53,926 nt of DNA, taken from positions 1-53,926 of the forward strand of contig JAEFBC010000070.1 in assembly GCA_016292155.1 (NCBI GenBank), in the 5' to 3' direction. Below the pieces are notes generated by a model. That model had not been told where the DNA came from. It worked only from the letters and a program-made list of their open reading frames with translations, and ran no database searches. The stretch comes from Saccharofermentans sp. GTDB lineage: Bacteria > Bacillota > Clostridia > Saccharofermentanales > Saccharofermentanaceae. The stretch's first letter is position 1, and every line of letters begins with the position of its first letter. The translations under genes were made by a program, and so were the position numbers. Positions 27,868 through 36,542 of this stretch are shown here, piece after piece.

Positions 27868-29151
27868 CTATTTTCGCCGCCCAAGAATAAAGCGGTTGAT
27901 CAGATATGCCAGTAAAACAGCAAGGGCGAAGTAGAAGACGGGTACGATAATGAAGAGATTTTCGGGCAGTTTGAGAAGTTCAGTCCAGAAATCCGTGTTG
28001 TGCCCGCTGATAGTAAAGTAAACGTGCCTGCTGAAGAGCAGCACCGTTATAAGATAACCGTGCTTCCTGAGAAAAGCAGTTACGGGATTGCCGGTCCTCA
28101 TAAGAAGCGTCATTGCCAGGATCGCCATCGACAGCGCAAGTCCCAGGATAAGCCATGGAACGCAGGCTGTGTTATAGATCGGGCTTAAGATTTTCATATC
28201 CTCATTGTATCTGTGTGGATCACAGGATTGCGAAGCAGACAAAGGGACGCCTGCGCGCTTTGACAGGAAATACTGGATCTCAAAGAGGATCCAGAAAGCA
28301 AGGCCACCTGCAAAGAGCCATGAGAACAGGTATATAAGATTGCCCTTCCTGGTCTTTGGCAGGAGCTTGTCTTTATACTTCATCACGATCATGCCGATCG
28401 GGAAAAGCGGAATGTCCAGGCCGAAATGCAGATATCTGATCACCGGCTCAGAGTATTTCAAGCCGTCATGCACAACACAAACGCACGGCGCAAAAAACGA
28501 CAGCACGAGTATCACGATAAGCGGAATGATCTCGTTGCGCATGATTTTTTTGAGAAGCACGTATATGCCATAGAGAATGGCGATCATCACGAACGCGGTC
28601 GAAAGATACCGCAAGATGCAGTCGATTGTAAGAAGAGAATAATACTGCGGGAAATCGCGCAGGAACCATTTGCGGTTACCTGTTTTGATAAGACAAAAGA
28701 CAAGCGTCGCGATCAGCACGGCCAGAGGAAGCAGTAATAACAACTTGTGCTTTATCTTCAGCCCGTTCCTGTATAAGAACATGCCGGCGAAAAAGCAGAA
28801 CACTGCCGTCAGTATCACGTACATGTATACGCTGCTGTCCCCATACCAATTGAACGGCTCGAAATGATGCATATCGTATCTGGTAAGGATCCTGGAAAGA
28901 ACCTTGCCAAAAGGGTCCATTCTGCCGCGATACGAACCTCTCAAAGGGGACATCGTATATCCGTATACAGGGAACATCATCTGCGTCAGAACTAAAGCTG
29001 CCGCTGCAATGTTGGTCACATCTTCAGAGATCTTTGCCTCTCTGTCAGCTGCAGATTCAATTGCGGGCGACGGGCCTTTCCGCTTCCCGCAAAACACGAT
29101 TATGCAAAGGATCCCCATCCCGCATAATAACCACAACAACACAGACAGCAT
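27868..29151 (-). CDS. polytopic membrane protein, possibly acyltransferase-3-like
   Basis: 427 aa with about 10 TM; SD AGGGGAAGGA; family uncertain. Confidence 0.7.
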   Translation of the reverse strand: MLSVLLWLLCGMGILCIIVFCGKRKGPSPAIESAADREAKISEDVTNIAAAALVLTQMMFPVYGYTMSPLRGSYRGRMDPFGKVLSRILTRYDMHHFEPFNWYGDSSVYMYVILTAVFCFFAGMFLYRNGLKIKHKLLLLLPLAVLIATLVFCLIKTGNRKWFLRDFPQYYSLLTIDCILRYLSTAFVMIAILYGIYVLLKKIMRNEIIPLIVILVLSFFAPCVCVVHDGLKYSEPVIRYLHFGLDIPLFPIGMIVMKYKDKLLPKTRKGNLIYLFSWLFAGGLAFWILFEIQYFLSKRAGVPLSASQSCDPHRYNEDMKILSPIYNTACVPWLILGLALSMAILAMTLLMRTGNPVTAFLRKHGYLITVLLFSRHVYFTISGHNTDFWTELLKLPENLFIIVPVFYFALAVLLAYLINRFILGRRK

Positions 29152-29296
29152 GGCAGGTCCTCCCCTGAAATTGCTTCTGATCTGCGCCTCTACATCTTAT
29201 CTGCCTAAAGACTAACACGCGCAAAACAATATAAACAAGGGATAAACTCTTGCTGTTTACATTAAAGATTGCAGATTATGGGGCAACAGAAGTGCC

Positions 29297-29399
29297 GTCA
29301 GAGCTGATCTGTCAGAGCTGACCCGTCAGAGTAGTTCCGTCAAAGCTGGCCCGTCAGAGCTGACCCATCAGAGTAGTTCCGTCAGAGCTGGCCCATCAG
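29297..29399. repeat. 14-bp tandem repeat x7 with 42-bp higher-order period
   Basis: gtcagagctgatct/gtcagagctgaccc/gtcagagtagttcc/gtcaaagctggccc/gtcagagctgaccc/atcagagtagttcc/gtcagagctggccc/atcag. Confidence 0.9.
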
Positions 29400-29722
29400 T
29401 GTTGGTCCGGAAGTGAGACTGCAAAAATGATCGCCAACACCACCAGGATCACGTACACGAAATAGACCAAGTAAACAATCGTCATTCCAATGCCGGCAAA
29501 CATCGCGCCCTTGCTCAATGCCGCACTGGTCTTGATCTTCGGCGTGTGCAGTCCGCCTGCGTTAACGTAATTGACTATGTCCTTGTGATTGCCTGCTCCA
29601 AGAAAAATCGCGACAATGCATGCAATAGGAAATGCCGCGCAGATAAGTCCCGCGATCGCTTTCTTAAAAAAGCCGGACGCCTTCTGCTCATACTGAGCGT
29701 CAGTAATAATATTATTTTCCAT
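29396..29722 (-). CDS. hypothetical membrane protein (2 TM)
   Basis: SD GGAGG; upstream TGGTATAAT extended -10. Confidence 0.8.
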   Translation of the reverse strand: MENNIITDAQYEQKASGFFKKAIAGLICAAFPIACIVAIFLGAGNHKDIVNYVNAGGLHTPKIKTSAALSKGAMFAGIGMTIVYLVYFVYVILVVLAIIFAVSLPDQH

Positions 29723-29831
29723 GTTATCCTCCGCTTATTCCAAGGCTATGGTTTTCGAAGCCTTTGTATCTTTTTGGGAGTCGCTCCCAAACACAGCAAT
29801 TATACCACCACATGATAAATGCACCCAAAAA

Positions 29832-29859
29832 CAGGGGTCGCCTCTTTGGACGACCCCTG
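29832..29859 (-). terminator. rho-independent terminator
   Basis: caggggtcg...cgacccctg stem followed by a T-run on the minus strand, downstream of the 29883 stop. Confidence 0.7.
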
Positions 29860-29882
29860 ATTGTAGTTTGCGAAAAAACTTA

Positions 29883-31313
29883 TCAGACGATCTTGTTTCC
29901 GCAGTAAATGCAGATGCCTGCGTTGCCGAGTGTAAATGACGCATTGCACATCGGGCAGATAACCTGAGAGCCGACGGCCGGAACGGCAGCTGCCTGAGCA
30001 ACCGGTGCTGCCTGAACCACCTGCTGTGCCTGCAAAGGCTGGCCCTGAAGCGGCATACCTTGGCCAGGCATCGGCTGACCCTGTAACGGCTGACCCTGCA
30101 ACGGCATACCCTGACCAGGCATCGGCTGTCCCTGTAACGGCTGCCCCTGCAAAGGCTGACCCTGACCAGGCATCGGACGATTACCGATCAACGCTCCCAA
30201 GCTGGCGGCAGTCTGAAGACGCACCGCTTCCCTACTCATCTGCTGGGTCAACAATGAATATCTGTTCATGTCATTCTGATCTTCAGTACCCTGCTGGCGC
30301 TGGGCTTCAATCTTATGTCTTAAGCTGGAGATCTCGTCCTGCAAAGCATCTATACGTGCCTTCTCCTCCGGGGTGTTCGGAGCCGGAGCGGCGCCCATGA
30401 CACCTATCGGGAGTACGCTGTTTTGCCTGTTGCGTATATTCTCGAACACGATCTGCTGCGTTACGATCTGATAATGAGCCTGGTCATTGGGATCAGAATA
30501 TCCCTGTGCTGTCTGCGTTTCGATCTTATTACGGTAGAATTCCGATTCGTCCTGCAGAGCCTTCAGCCTTGCTTCATCCCTAAGGGCTGCCGCATCCTGC
30601 TGAGGTGCTGCCTGCTGGGGAGCCGCTGCCTGTGCAGGGCCGCTTGTGCGCATCGCATCGATTGCAGCCTTGATATCGTTGCCGCAGTCAACACACTTAT
30701 AGTATTCATCGATCTTGTTTCCGAGAATGTTGAATCCGGAACGCGAGACGCTCCAGCCGCCGCTCTGACCGGGATTCATCGGCTGCTCGCCGACTTCGAT
30801 ACTGCCGTTCGAGAGTGCGAATTTCATCTCATCAAAATAAGGATGATCGACGCGGATGATCGCGTGGAAATCGTATGAATACTTGTAGCGCGGCGGATTG
30901 TAGCTGACGGACTTTCCGTTGCTGTCCGTATGCCTGATCTCGTATCTGTGTTCCTTCACATCAAGATCGCAGCCGACTGCCTGCGAGAAATCCAGAACGT
31001 CCGGATTCGCCTCGCTGAGGTTCTTTGCCGAAGTTACCATGAACTTTCTGGCGTTGTCGTCGATCAGGAGCTTGGTGCTTGTTGTTCCGAGCGTTCTTGT
31101 CGCATTGAAGGAAGCTACCGCAGACTTGTTCTGTTCACGGTACTCGAGCTGCTTGGTGATGTCAGCTTTGGTGCTGTGACGGCGCTCCGAGAACCACGGC
31201 GAGAGCTTAGCCGCGCAGTCCTTGCACATGTTCGCGTCTTCGAGTTTCTTGTTGCCCAGAAGGCCGATCTTGTTTCCGCAAAAATCGCAGAATTTCTTAT
31301 CAAATAGTCCCAT
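29883..31313 (-). CDS. DUF4428-like zinc-ribbon protein with repetitive C-terminal extension
   Basis: MGLFDKKFCDFCGNKIGLLGNKKLEDANMCKDC N-terminus; duplicated helical segment; GQP repeats; terminal CPMC...CIYCG ribbon. Confidence 0.8.
   Translation of the reverse strand: MGLFDKKFCDFCGNKIGLLGNKKLEDANMCKDCAAKLSPWFSERRHSTKADITKQLEYREQNKSAVASFNATRTLGTTSTKLLIDDNARKFMVTSAKNLSEANPDVLDFSQAVGCDLDVKEHRYEIRHTDSNGKSVSYNPPRYKYSYDFHAIIRVDHPYFDEMKFALSNGSIEVGEQPMNPGQSGGWSVSRSGFNILGNKIDEYYKCVDCGNDIKAAIDAMRTSGPAQAAAPQQAAPQQDAAALRDEARLKALQDESEFYRNKIETQTAQGYSDPNDQAHYQIVTQQIVFENIRNRQNSVLPIGVMGAAPAPNTPEEKARIDALQDEISSLRHKIEAQRQQGTEDQNDMNRYSLLTQQMSREAVRLQTAASLGALIGNRPMPGQGQPLQGQPLQGQPMPGQGMPLQGQPLQGQPMPGQGMPLQGQPLQAQQVVQAAPVAQAAAVPAVGSQVICPMCNASFTLGNAGICIYCGNKIV
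30030..30177 (-). repeat. coding tandem repeat, 51-bp (17-aa) unit x3 made of GQPLQ/GQPMP pentapeptides
   Basis: ccaggcatcgg recurs at 30064, 30115 and 30166. Confidence 0.85.
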
Positions 31314-31544
31314 AAAATCCTCCCTTATTCATTGATTTCATGAAGTGACATTCCGTAAGGCCTGTCACATAAAAAATATTAGCATAAAACCGCCCCGTAA
31401 AAAATATTTTAGCCACTAAAACAGCATGAATAATTTGCAGCAATAACGCCGGCCTGCTGACCGCCCTTAAACAGGGATATTCCATAGGTGTTATAATCTT
31501 CTTGTCCGGGAGACATCTTCCGGCATGGGAAATAGGAGGCTTAA

Positions 31545-32204
31545 ATGGCTAACATTTTGGTAGTGGATGACGAACCGGGGATCGTATCGGTTATCAAGCG
31601 CGCGCTGGAGTCTGACGGACACAGGGTATCTGCTTTTGTCGGCACGGACGAAATAGATATAAGGAATCTCAATTACTACGATCTCGCGCTTCTCGATATC
31701 ATGATGCCCGGCGAAGACGGTTATCAGTTCTGTGAGAGGATCCGCAACAAGGTCGATATTCCGATTATTTTTCTGAGCGCGAAGATCCTTGAAGAGGACA
31801 TTACCCACGGGCTTGAGATCGGCGCTGACGATTATATCGTTAAGCCTTTCCGCGTTGCAGAATTAAGAGCACGCGTTAACGCACACCTGAGGCGCGAACA
31901 CCGCGAGAAAACTCACTTCCTGAACTTCGAAGGCTGCAGTCTGGACCTTGATGCAAAGCGCCTTCTGGTAGCTGACAAGGAAGTTGCGCTGACCAAGACT
32001 GAATTCAGTATCTGCGAATTCCTGGCAAAACATCCGGGCATGGTCTTTACGAGAGAGCAGATTTTCGAAGAGGTGTTCGGAATGGACAAAGAAAGCGATA
32101 ACACGACCATCTCGACACACGTCGCGAACATCCGCACGAAGCTCGATAAGGTCGGTGTCCAGCCGATTACGACAGTTTGGGGGACCGGTTATAAATGGGA
32201 GTAA
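31545..32204 (+). CDS. OmpR-family response regulator (NisR/SpaR-like)
   Basis: ILVVDDE, LLDIMMP, GADDYIVKPF, RVNAHLRREHR, TVWGTGYKW. Confidence 0.95.
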   Translation: MANILVVDDEPGIVSVIKRALESDGHRVSAFVGTDEIDIRNLNYYDLALLDIMMPGEDGYQFCERIRNKVDIPIIFLSAKILEEDITHGLEIGADDYIVKPFRVAELRARVNAHLRREHREKTHFLNFEGCSLDLDAKRLLVADKEVALTKTEFSICEFLAKHPGMVFTREQIFEEVFGMDKESDNTTISTHVANIRTKLDKVGVQPITTVWGTGYKWE

Positions 32205-33550
32205 AGCAAAAGTCGTTACGCCGCGTTTTTACCGGATTTATCCTGCGCATAGGGCTCGAAATGCTGATCGGCGGGGTATTGTTAGCCGCGATATTCATCG
32301 CCGCAATGTTTTTCGGACTCATCATTCCGGCAAACTTCTCCGAGCAGTATGCAAATGACGTTATGGAAAAGGCCGGCGAACAGGAGTATGCACGTGATGT
32401 CATCCCGGAGATCGGCGATTTTGTTACTTATTATCTGACCGATGACAGCGGCAACGTAACCCAGTCGAACCGTTCCTGGTCAGTCGGCAAACCTCTCCGC
32501 GAGGAACCCAAAAGCGGCCTGGTGTTCGGCCAGAGCTATTATGTTAAGAAGGCCTTCCCCGACGGAACGCTTTATCTGGAATACTACATGCGTACGAGCT
32601 ATCCTTCAGGATTCTTAAACCGCTATTTCATCAGCCCTGAATATGTCTTAGCTATTCTGGCATTTATAATGATGCTCCTGATCGTTATCCTCAATGTCCG
32701 CCGCATGGAAAAGCTCTTCAAAAAAGAGCTCCGTCCTCTGGGCGAGGCCGCCGAGCAGATCTCGATCGACAATCTCGATGTAAATATCGCGCCTTCCTCC
32801 ATTACGGAAGTGCAGCGCGTTGAAGATTCCTTCCTCAAGATGAAGGATGAACTGGCGGATTCACTTGGCCGCGAATGGCAGGCGCAGCGCAATCAGCGCG
32901 CCCAGATCGCTGCTCTCGCACACGACCTCAAGACCCCTCTCACCGTTATCCTCGGCAATCTGGACCTGCTGTCTGAGACAGACATCACCGATGACCAGCA
33001 CCAGATGATCGAGACATCCATCGGCGAAGTCAAGCACAGCGAGGACTACATCGGCATTCTCGTCGACATGGCCAGGAACACCGGTGAAGTTGAGATCAAG
33101 CGTGCTCCTGTTGCTTTGCAGGGCTTCTTCGGGAACATCGAGAGCAAGGCGCTTGTTCTTTGTGAGAACCGGCAAGTCCGCCTTAAGACAAGCTATCAGT
33201 TCTCTGATGCATCTTACTCCGGCGACAGGGACCGCATTGAGCGCGCGGTCATGAACCTGATCTCAAACGCTATCGACTACAGCCCTGAAGATGAAGCTGT
33301 CGAGCTCTCCGCAGCGTGCGCGGACGGCACTCTTACCATCACCGTGCGCGACCACGGCGAAGGCTTCCCTGCCGAGATGCTCAAGTCCGGCGTGGGGCTC
33401 TTTAAGATGGGCGAGTCCAGCCGCAGCAGCAAAAAACATTACGGCATCGGGCTTTACATGGCCGAGAACACCGCCAAGCTTCACAACGGATCGCTCGCGA
33501 TCTCCAACTGCGCGGACGGCGGCGCGGAAGTTAAGATGGTATTGGAATAA
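32195..33550 (+). CDS. sensor histidine kinase (NisK/SpaK-like)
   Basis: 2 TM, IPANFSEQ, HAMP, AHDLKTPLTVILGN H-box, NLISNA, DHGEGF, HYGIGL. Confidence 0.93.
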   Translation: MGVKQKSLRRVFTGFILRIGLEMLIGGVLLAAIFIAAMFFGLIIPANFSEQYANDVMEKAGEQEYARDVIPEIGDFVTYYLTDDSGNVTQSNRSWSVGKPLREEPKSGLVFGQSYYVKKAFPDGTLYLEYYMRTSYPSGFLNRYFISPEYVLAILAFIMMLLIVILNVRRMEKLFKKELRPLGEAAEQISIDNLDVNIAPSSITEVQRVEDSFLKMKDELADSLGREWQAQRNQRAQIAALAHDLKTPLTVILGNLDLLSETDITDDQHQMIETSIGEVKHSEDYIGILVDMARNTGEVEIKRAPVALQGFFGNIESKALVLCENRQVRLKTSYQFSDASYSGDRDRIERAVMNLISNAIDYSPEDEAVELSAACADGTLTITVRDHGEGFPAEMLKSGVGLFKMGESSRSSKKHYGIGLYMAENTAKLHNGSLAISNCADGGAEVKMVLE

Positions 33551-33572
33551 AGCTTTTAAATATTTAAATGCG

Positions 33573-33595
33573 GGGTTGTCTCACTGAGGCAGCCC
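33573..33595 (+). terminator. probable terminator after the histidine kinase
   Basis: gggttgtctca/tgaggcagccc stem followed by TTATTTTATT. Confidence 0.6.
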
Positions 33596-33612
33596 TTATT
33601 TTATTGATCGCG

Positions 33613-33702
33613 ACTATCTCAAAGGGGCAAAAAAATCCCAAAAAAGATAGAAAATGGCGTTTTTCTATCTTTTTTGCCCGAAAATTAAGCCTTTGAGATA
33701 GT
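33613..33702. repeat. nested palindromic element, copy A
   Basis: Outer 13-bp perfect IR actatctcaaagg/cctttgagatagt; inner 16-bp perfect IR caaaaaagatagaaaa-tggcgt-ttttctatcttttttg. Confidence 0.9.
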
Positions 33703-33720
33703 AGACCTAATTATTGATTC

Positions 33721-33816
33721 CCACTATCGCATAGGCCCCTAATAAAGACCGGAAATTATATAAAATGGCCTTTTTATATAATTATTGCCCTCAAAAATGG
33801 GCCTATGCGATAGTGG
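33721..33816. repeat. nested palindromic element, copy B
   Basis: Outer 18-bp perfect IR ccactatcgcataggccc/gggcctatgcgatagtgg; inner 12-bp IR aattatataaaa-tggcct-ttttatataatt. Confidence 0.9.
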
Positions 33817-33857
33817 CGGCGGCTGAGCTCCCCTCCTGTTGCGCCAATTTCTTCAAA

Positions 33858-33891
33858 TCTTTAAGGAATCTTAAAAAATGGGTTCTAGGAT
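33858..33891 (+). promoter_or_regulatory. putative NisR-type box (TCT-N8-TCT) and -10 element for the lanFEG-like operon
   Basis: TCT-ttaaggaa-TCT at 33858-33871, TAGGAT at 33886-33891, no canonical -35; SD AGGAGG at 33902. Confidence 0.55.
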
Positions 33892-33914
33892 ATGGCCAAA
33901 CAGGAGGTAATAGC

Positions 33915-34610
33915 ATGATCTTACAGACTGAACATTTAACAAAGAAATACCGCGGCTTTACGGCCGTTGAGGACGTGAACCTTGAGATTCCCGAGGGAAA
34001 GATCTACGGACTTTTGGGGCCGAACGGCGCTGGAAAATCCACCATTCTCAAGATGATCACGGGCATCGCACAGCCGACGGAAGGAATTATCTATTTCGAC
34101 GGAAATCCGTGGAGCAGAAATGCGCTCGCAGATATCGGTGCACTGATCGAGATGCCGCCGGTCTACCCGAACCTCACAGCGTACGAGAACATGCTCGTGA
34201 AGGCCAAACTCCTTGGGATTGATAAGGACAAGATCGGCGGGAAGCTTGATATTGCAGGCATCGCGGGCATGGGACGCAAGAAGGCAGGTGACTTCTCTCT
34301 GGGAATGAAGCAGAGATTGGGATTAGCGCTCGCGCTGTTAAATGACCCGAAGCTCCTGATCCTTGATGAGCCCACGAACGGCCTTGATCCGTACGGAATT
34401 GAGGAATTAAGAGGACTCTTAAGAGAGCTCTCGGACAGCGGCATATCGGTGATCATGTCGAGCCATATACTGAGCGAGGTCCAGATGATCGCAGACAGCG
34501 TCGGCATCATCTCTGAAGGCCATCTGGTATATCAGGGCGCGTTCTCGAAGGATGACGACCTGAACGCGATCTTCATGGAGCACACTAAGAACAGGAGGCT
34601 GGCAGGATGA
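33915..34610 (+). CDS. lantibiotic protection ABC transporter ATP-binding subunit (LanF-like)
   Basis: GPNGAGKST, IGALIEMP, E-loop YPNLTAYEN, FSLGMKQRLG signature, LILDEPTNGLDP; start ATG 33915. Confidence 0.92.
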   Translation: MILQTEHLTKKYRGFTAVEDVNLEIPEGKIYGLLGPNGAGKSTILKMITGIAQPTEGIIYFDGNPWSRNALADIGALIEMPPVYPNLTAYENMLVKAKLLGIDKDKIGGKLDIAGIAGMGRKKAGDFSLGMKQRLGLALALLNDPKLLILDEPTNGLDPYGIEELRGLLRELSDSGISVIMSSHILSEVQMIADSVGIISEGHLVYQGAFSKDDDLNAIFMEHTKNRRLAG

Positions 34611-35371
34611 ACTACATTATTGCTGAATCCATCAAGACCAGAAAGACGATACTGACGTATTTCATTGCGCTTGCGCCGGTCATCAACATCCTTATGTGCG
34701 TGCTGATCGCGGGCCTGGGCAATGTCCAGAGCTTCGGAATCTACTGGTGGTGCACGTTCATGATGCCCGCGCTGGCAGCGTTGTTCTGTGCAGAGCATGA
34801 ACGCAGGAACAGGATGTCGGGAAACGATAAGATGCTCTATACATATCCCATCGATCTGTTCGGTTTTCGAATTGCGGGAATAACAGCAATCGCGATCAAG
34901 ATCTTCCTGGTATATCTGGTCATGGCACTGGTGCTTTCGGTCTTAAGCCCGTTTGTGGGAATGATGCGGATCAGCGTGCTTGAGACGGCAGGAGCATTTG
35001 GAGTATTGTTCGTCTGCAGTTTGTGGATGATCCCCGCATGCCTGATACTGTCCCGCCGCTTCAACATATACCTCCTTATGGCTGTAAATGTAATCTGCAA
35101 TATCGCATTGCCGCCTTTTATCGCAGGAACGGCGTTCTGGGTGCTTTGCCCCTACTGCTACGGACCTAAGGCGATCGAAGCTTTGGCAGGAATACAGATC
35201 TCCGGAGATATTATGGAAGCCGCCGGCGCAAATTACGTTGTGATCGTCGCAATGCTCGCAGCAATTGCCGTGTTCAACGGTCTTGCAGCCATTGAAGCCA
35301 GGATATTTGCGAAGGGTTATCCCGAGAAGAAGGTGCGGAAAAATGATTCATGCGCAATTGATAAAGCTTAA
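34607..35371 (+). CDS. lantibiotic immunity ABC permease (LanE/MutE-like)
   Basis: MNYIIAESIKTRKT, YWWCTFMMP, FWVLCPY; 6 TM; ATGA-coupled to lanF. Confidence 0.82.
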   Translation: MNYIIAESIKTRKTILTYFIALAPVINILMCVLIAGLGNVQSFGIYWWCTFMMPALAALFCAEHERRNRMSGNDKMLYTYPIDLFGFRIAGITAIAIKIFLVYLVMALVLSVLSPFVGMMRISVLETAGAFGVLFVCSLWMIPACLILSRRFNIYLLMAVNVICNIALPPFIAGTAFWVLCPYCYGPKAIEALAGIQISGDIMEAAGANYVVIVAMLAAIAVFNGLAAIEARIFAKGYPEKKVRKNDSCAIDKA

Positions 35372-36038
35372 GAGAACACCATTTATCTGGTACCTGACGG
35401 CATCCACGACCGGAATAATTGCCTTGTTCCTGTTATACAATTCGCTCTATTCAGGGAAGCCTGCAGATGACCGGATGAAGCTGATCTTCGAGATCTACGG
35501 CGTCGCCCTGCCGCTGCTTCACGGACTTACGGTGTTTTTCCTGACGGGTCCGGATGAGCAGATGGCCAATATGTACGGACTGCTCTCGGTAAAAAACAGG
35601 ACAGGAATGTTCATGACACTGGTCTCGCTCGTATGGGGAATCGAGAGCCTCAGAACAGCACTGGTTTTCCTGGTAATGGGCCTTCAGACGGGAATTCAGG
35701 TGACGGGCATGCAGATACTGTTGTTTGCAGCGGGCGAGATCATGATCTCACTGCTGAGCATCGTCTTCCATCTGTGGCTGAACCTGAAATTCGGCGTGGC
35801 GCTCTCACTGTTCTTCGCGGTGTTGGAACTGCTGCAGTCAGTCATGTATAGCAACATCAATATCGTGGGCTTATGGAGATTTCTGCCGGCCGCATGGGCA
35901 ATGGAATGGAAAAGTGATGTTTTGAATCAGGCATGGGTTACGAATCTGCCGTTTTGGGGAAGTTGCTTATTAATAATTTTGTTAGCGATGGCCGTTTTCA
36001 ATATGTGGTTCTATCGCTGGGAAGGAAGAAGAAAATGA
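35343..36038 (+). CDS. lantibiotic immunity ABC permease (LanG/MutG-like)
   Basis: MIHAQLIKLKRTP, HLWLNLKFG, LWRFLPAAW, WFYRWEGRRK; start ATG 35343. Confidence 0.85.
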   Translation: MIHAQLIKLKRTPFIWYLTASTTGIIALFLLYNSLYSGKPADDRMKLIFEIYGVALPLLHGLTVFFLTGPDEQMANMYGLLSVKNRTGMFMTLVSLVWGIESLRTALVFLVMGLQTGIQVTGMQILLFAAGEIMISLLSIVFHLWLNLKFGVALSLFFAVLELLQSVMYSNINIVGLWRFLPAAWAMEWKSDVLNQAWVTNLPFWGSCLLIILLAMAVFNMWFYRWEGRRK

Positions 36039-36427
36039 AAACATTAAAGATCGGATTACTTACATTATGCGCACTTATGTGCTTTACGGGATGTGGTCTT
36101 CGTGAGGTGGCCGCAAAATATCGGGATGTGGAAAACTATACGGCAACAGTTTCGGATACAGTCACGGTCTCCTGCGATGACAGATCGTATATCGTGCTGA
36201 ACAGCAAAGCAGAGGATAAGGAAGTCGGCAAATGGATCGGCCGCGTCGATAAGCTGGAAGGCAAAGTTTTCGTAAGCTCGGTCAATGCCGGACCTGAAGG
36301 TAAAGTGCTCGTCATGGTAAACGGTGAGTACTACCACGCAAAGCCTGTCGATGCTCTGGAAGATGACGATGATCTGCTCAAAGTGTCTGTAAAATACGCG
36401 TACCCGACGGATGCACCGGAGAAGTGA
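36035..36427 (+). CDS. lipoprotein, putative NisI/SpaI-like lantibiotic immunity protein
   Basis: Lipobox FTGC; VGKWIGRV and LVMVNGEYYHA; ATGA-coupled to lanG. Confidence 0.65.
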   Translation: MKTLKIGLLTLCALMCFTGCGLREVAAKYRDVENYTATVSDTVTVSCDDRSYIVLNSKAEDKEVGKWIGRVDKLEGKVFVSSVNAGPEGKVLVMVNGEYYHAKPVDALEDDDDLLKVSVKYAYPTDAPEK

Positions 36428-36501
36428 TGAGGATTGCTTAGATAAGCACGATTCAAATGATTAATGACGGACTAAAAAACAGTTTTCGAAAATTAGTACG
36501 T

Positions 36502-36542
36502 CGCCCCGCGCAACCACGCCCGCGCAACCGCGCCCCGCGCAC
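36502..36542. repeat. GC-rich 14-15-nt tandem repeat x3
   Basis: cgccccgcgcaacca/cgcccgcgcaaccg/cgccccgcgcac, abutting the 36543 stop. Confidence 0.75.

Noticed and set aside
29297-29399. Possible CRISPR array
   Set aside because: Contiguous 14-nt units with no unique spacers and no cas genes
33765-33914. N-terminal extension of the ABC ATPase in the ORF track
   Set aside because: Begins inside palindrome B; the start with SD AGGAGG is ATG 33915
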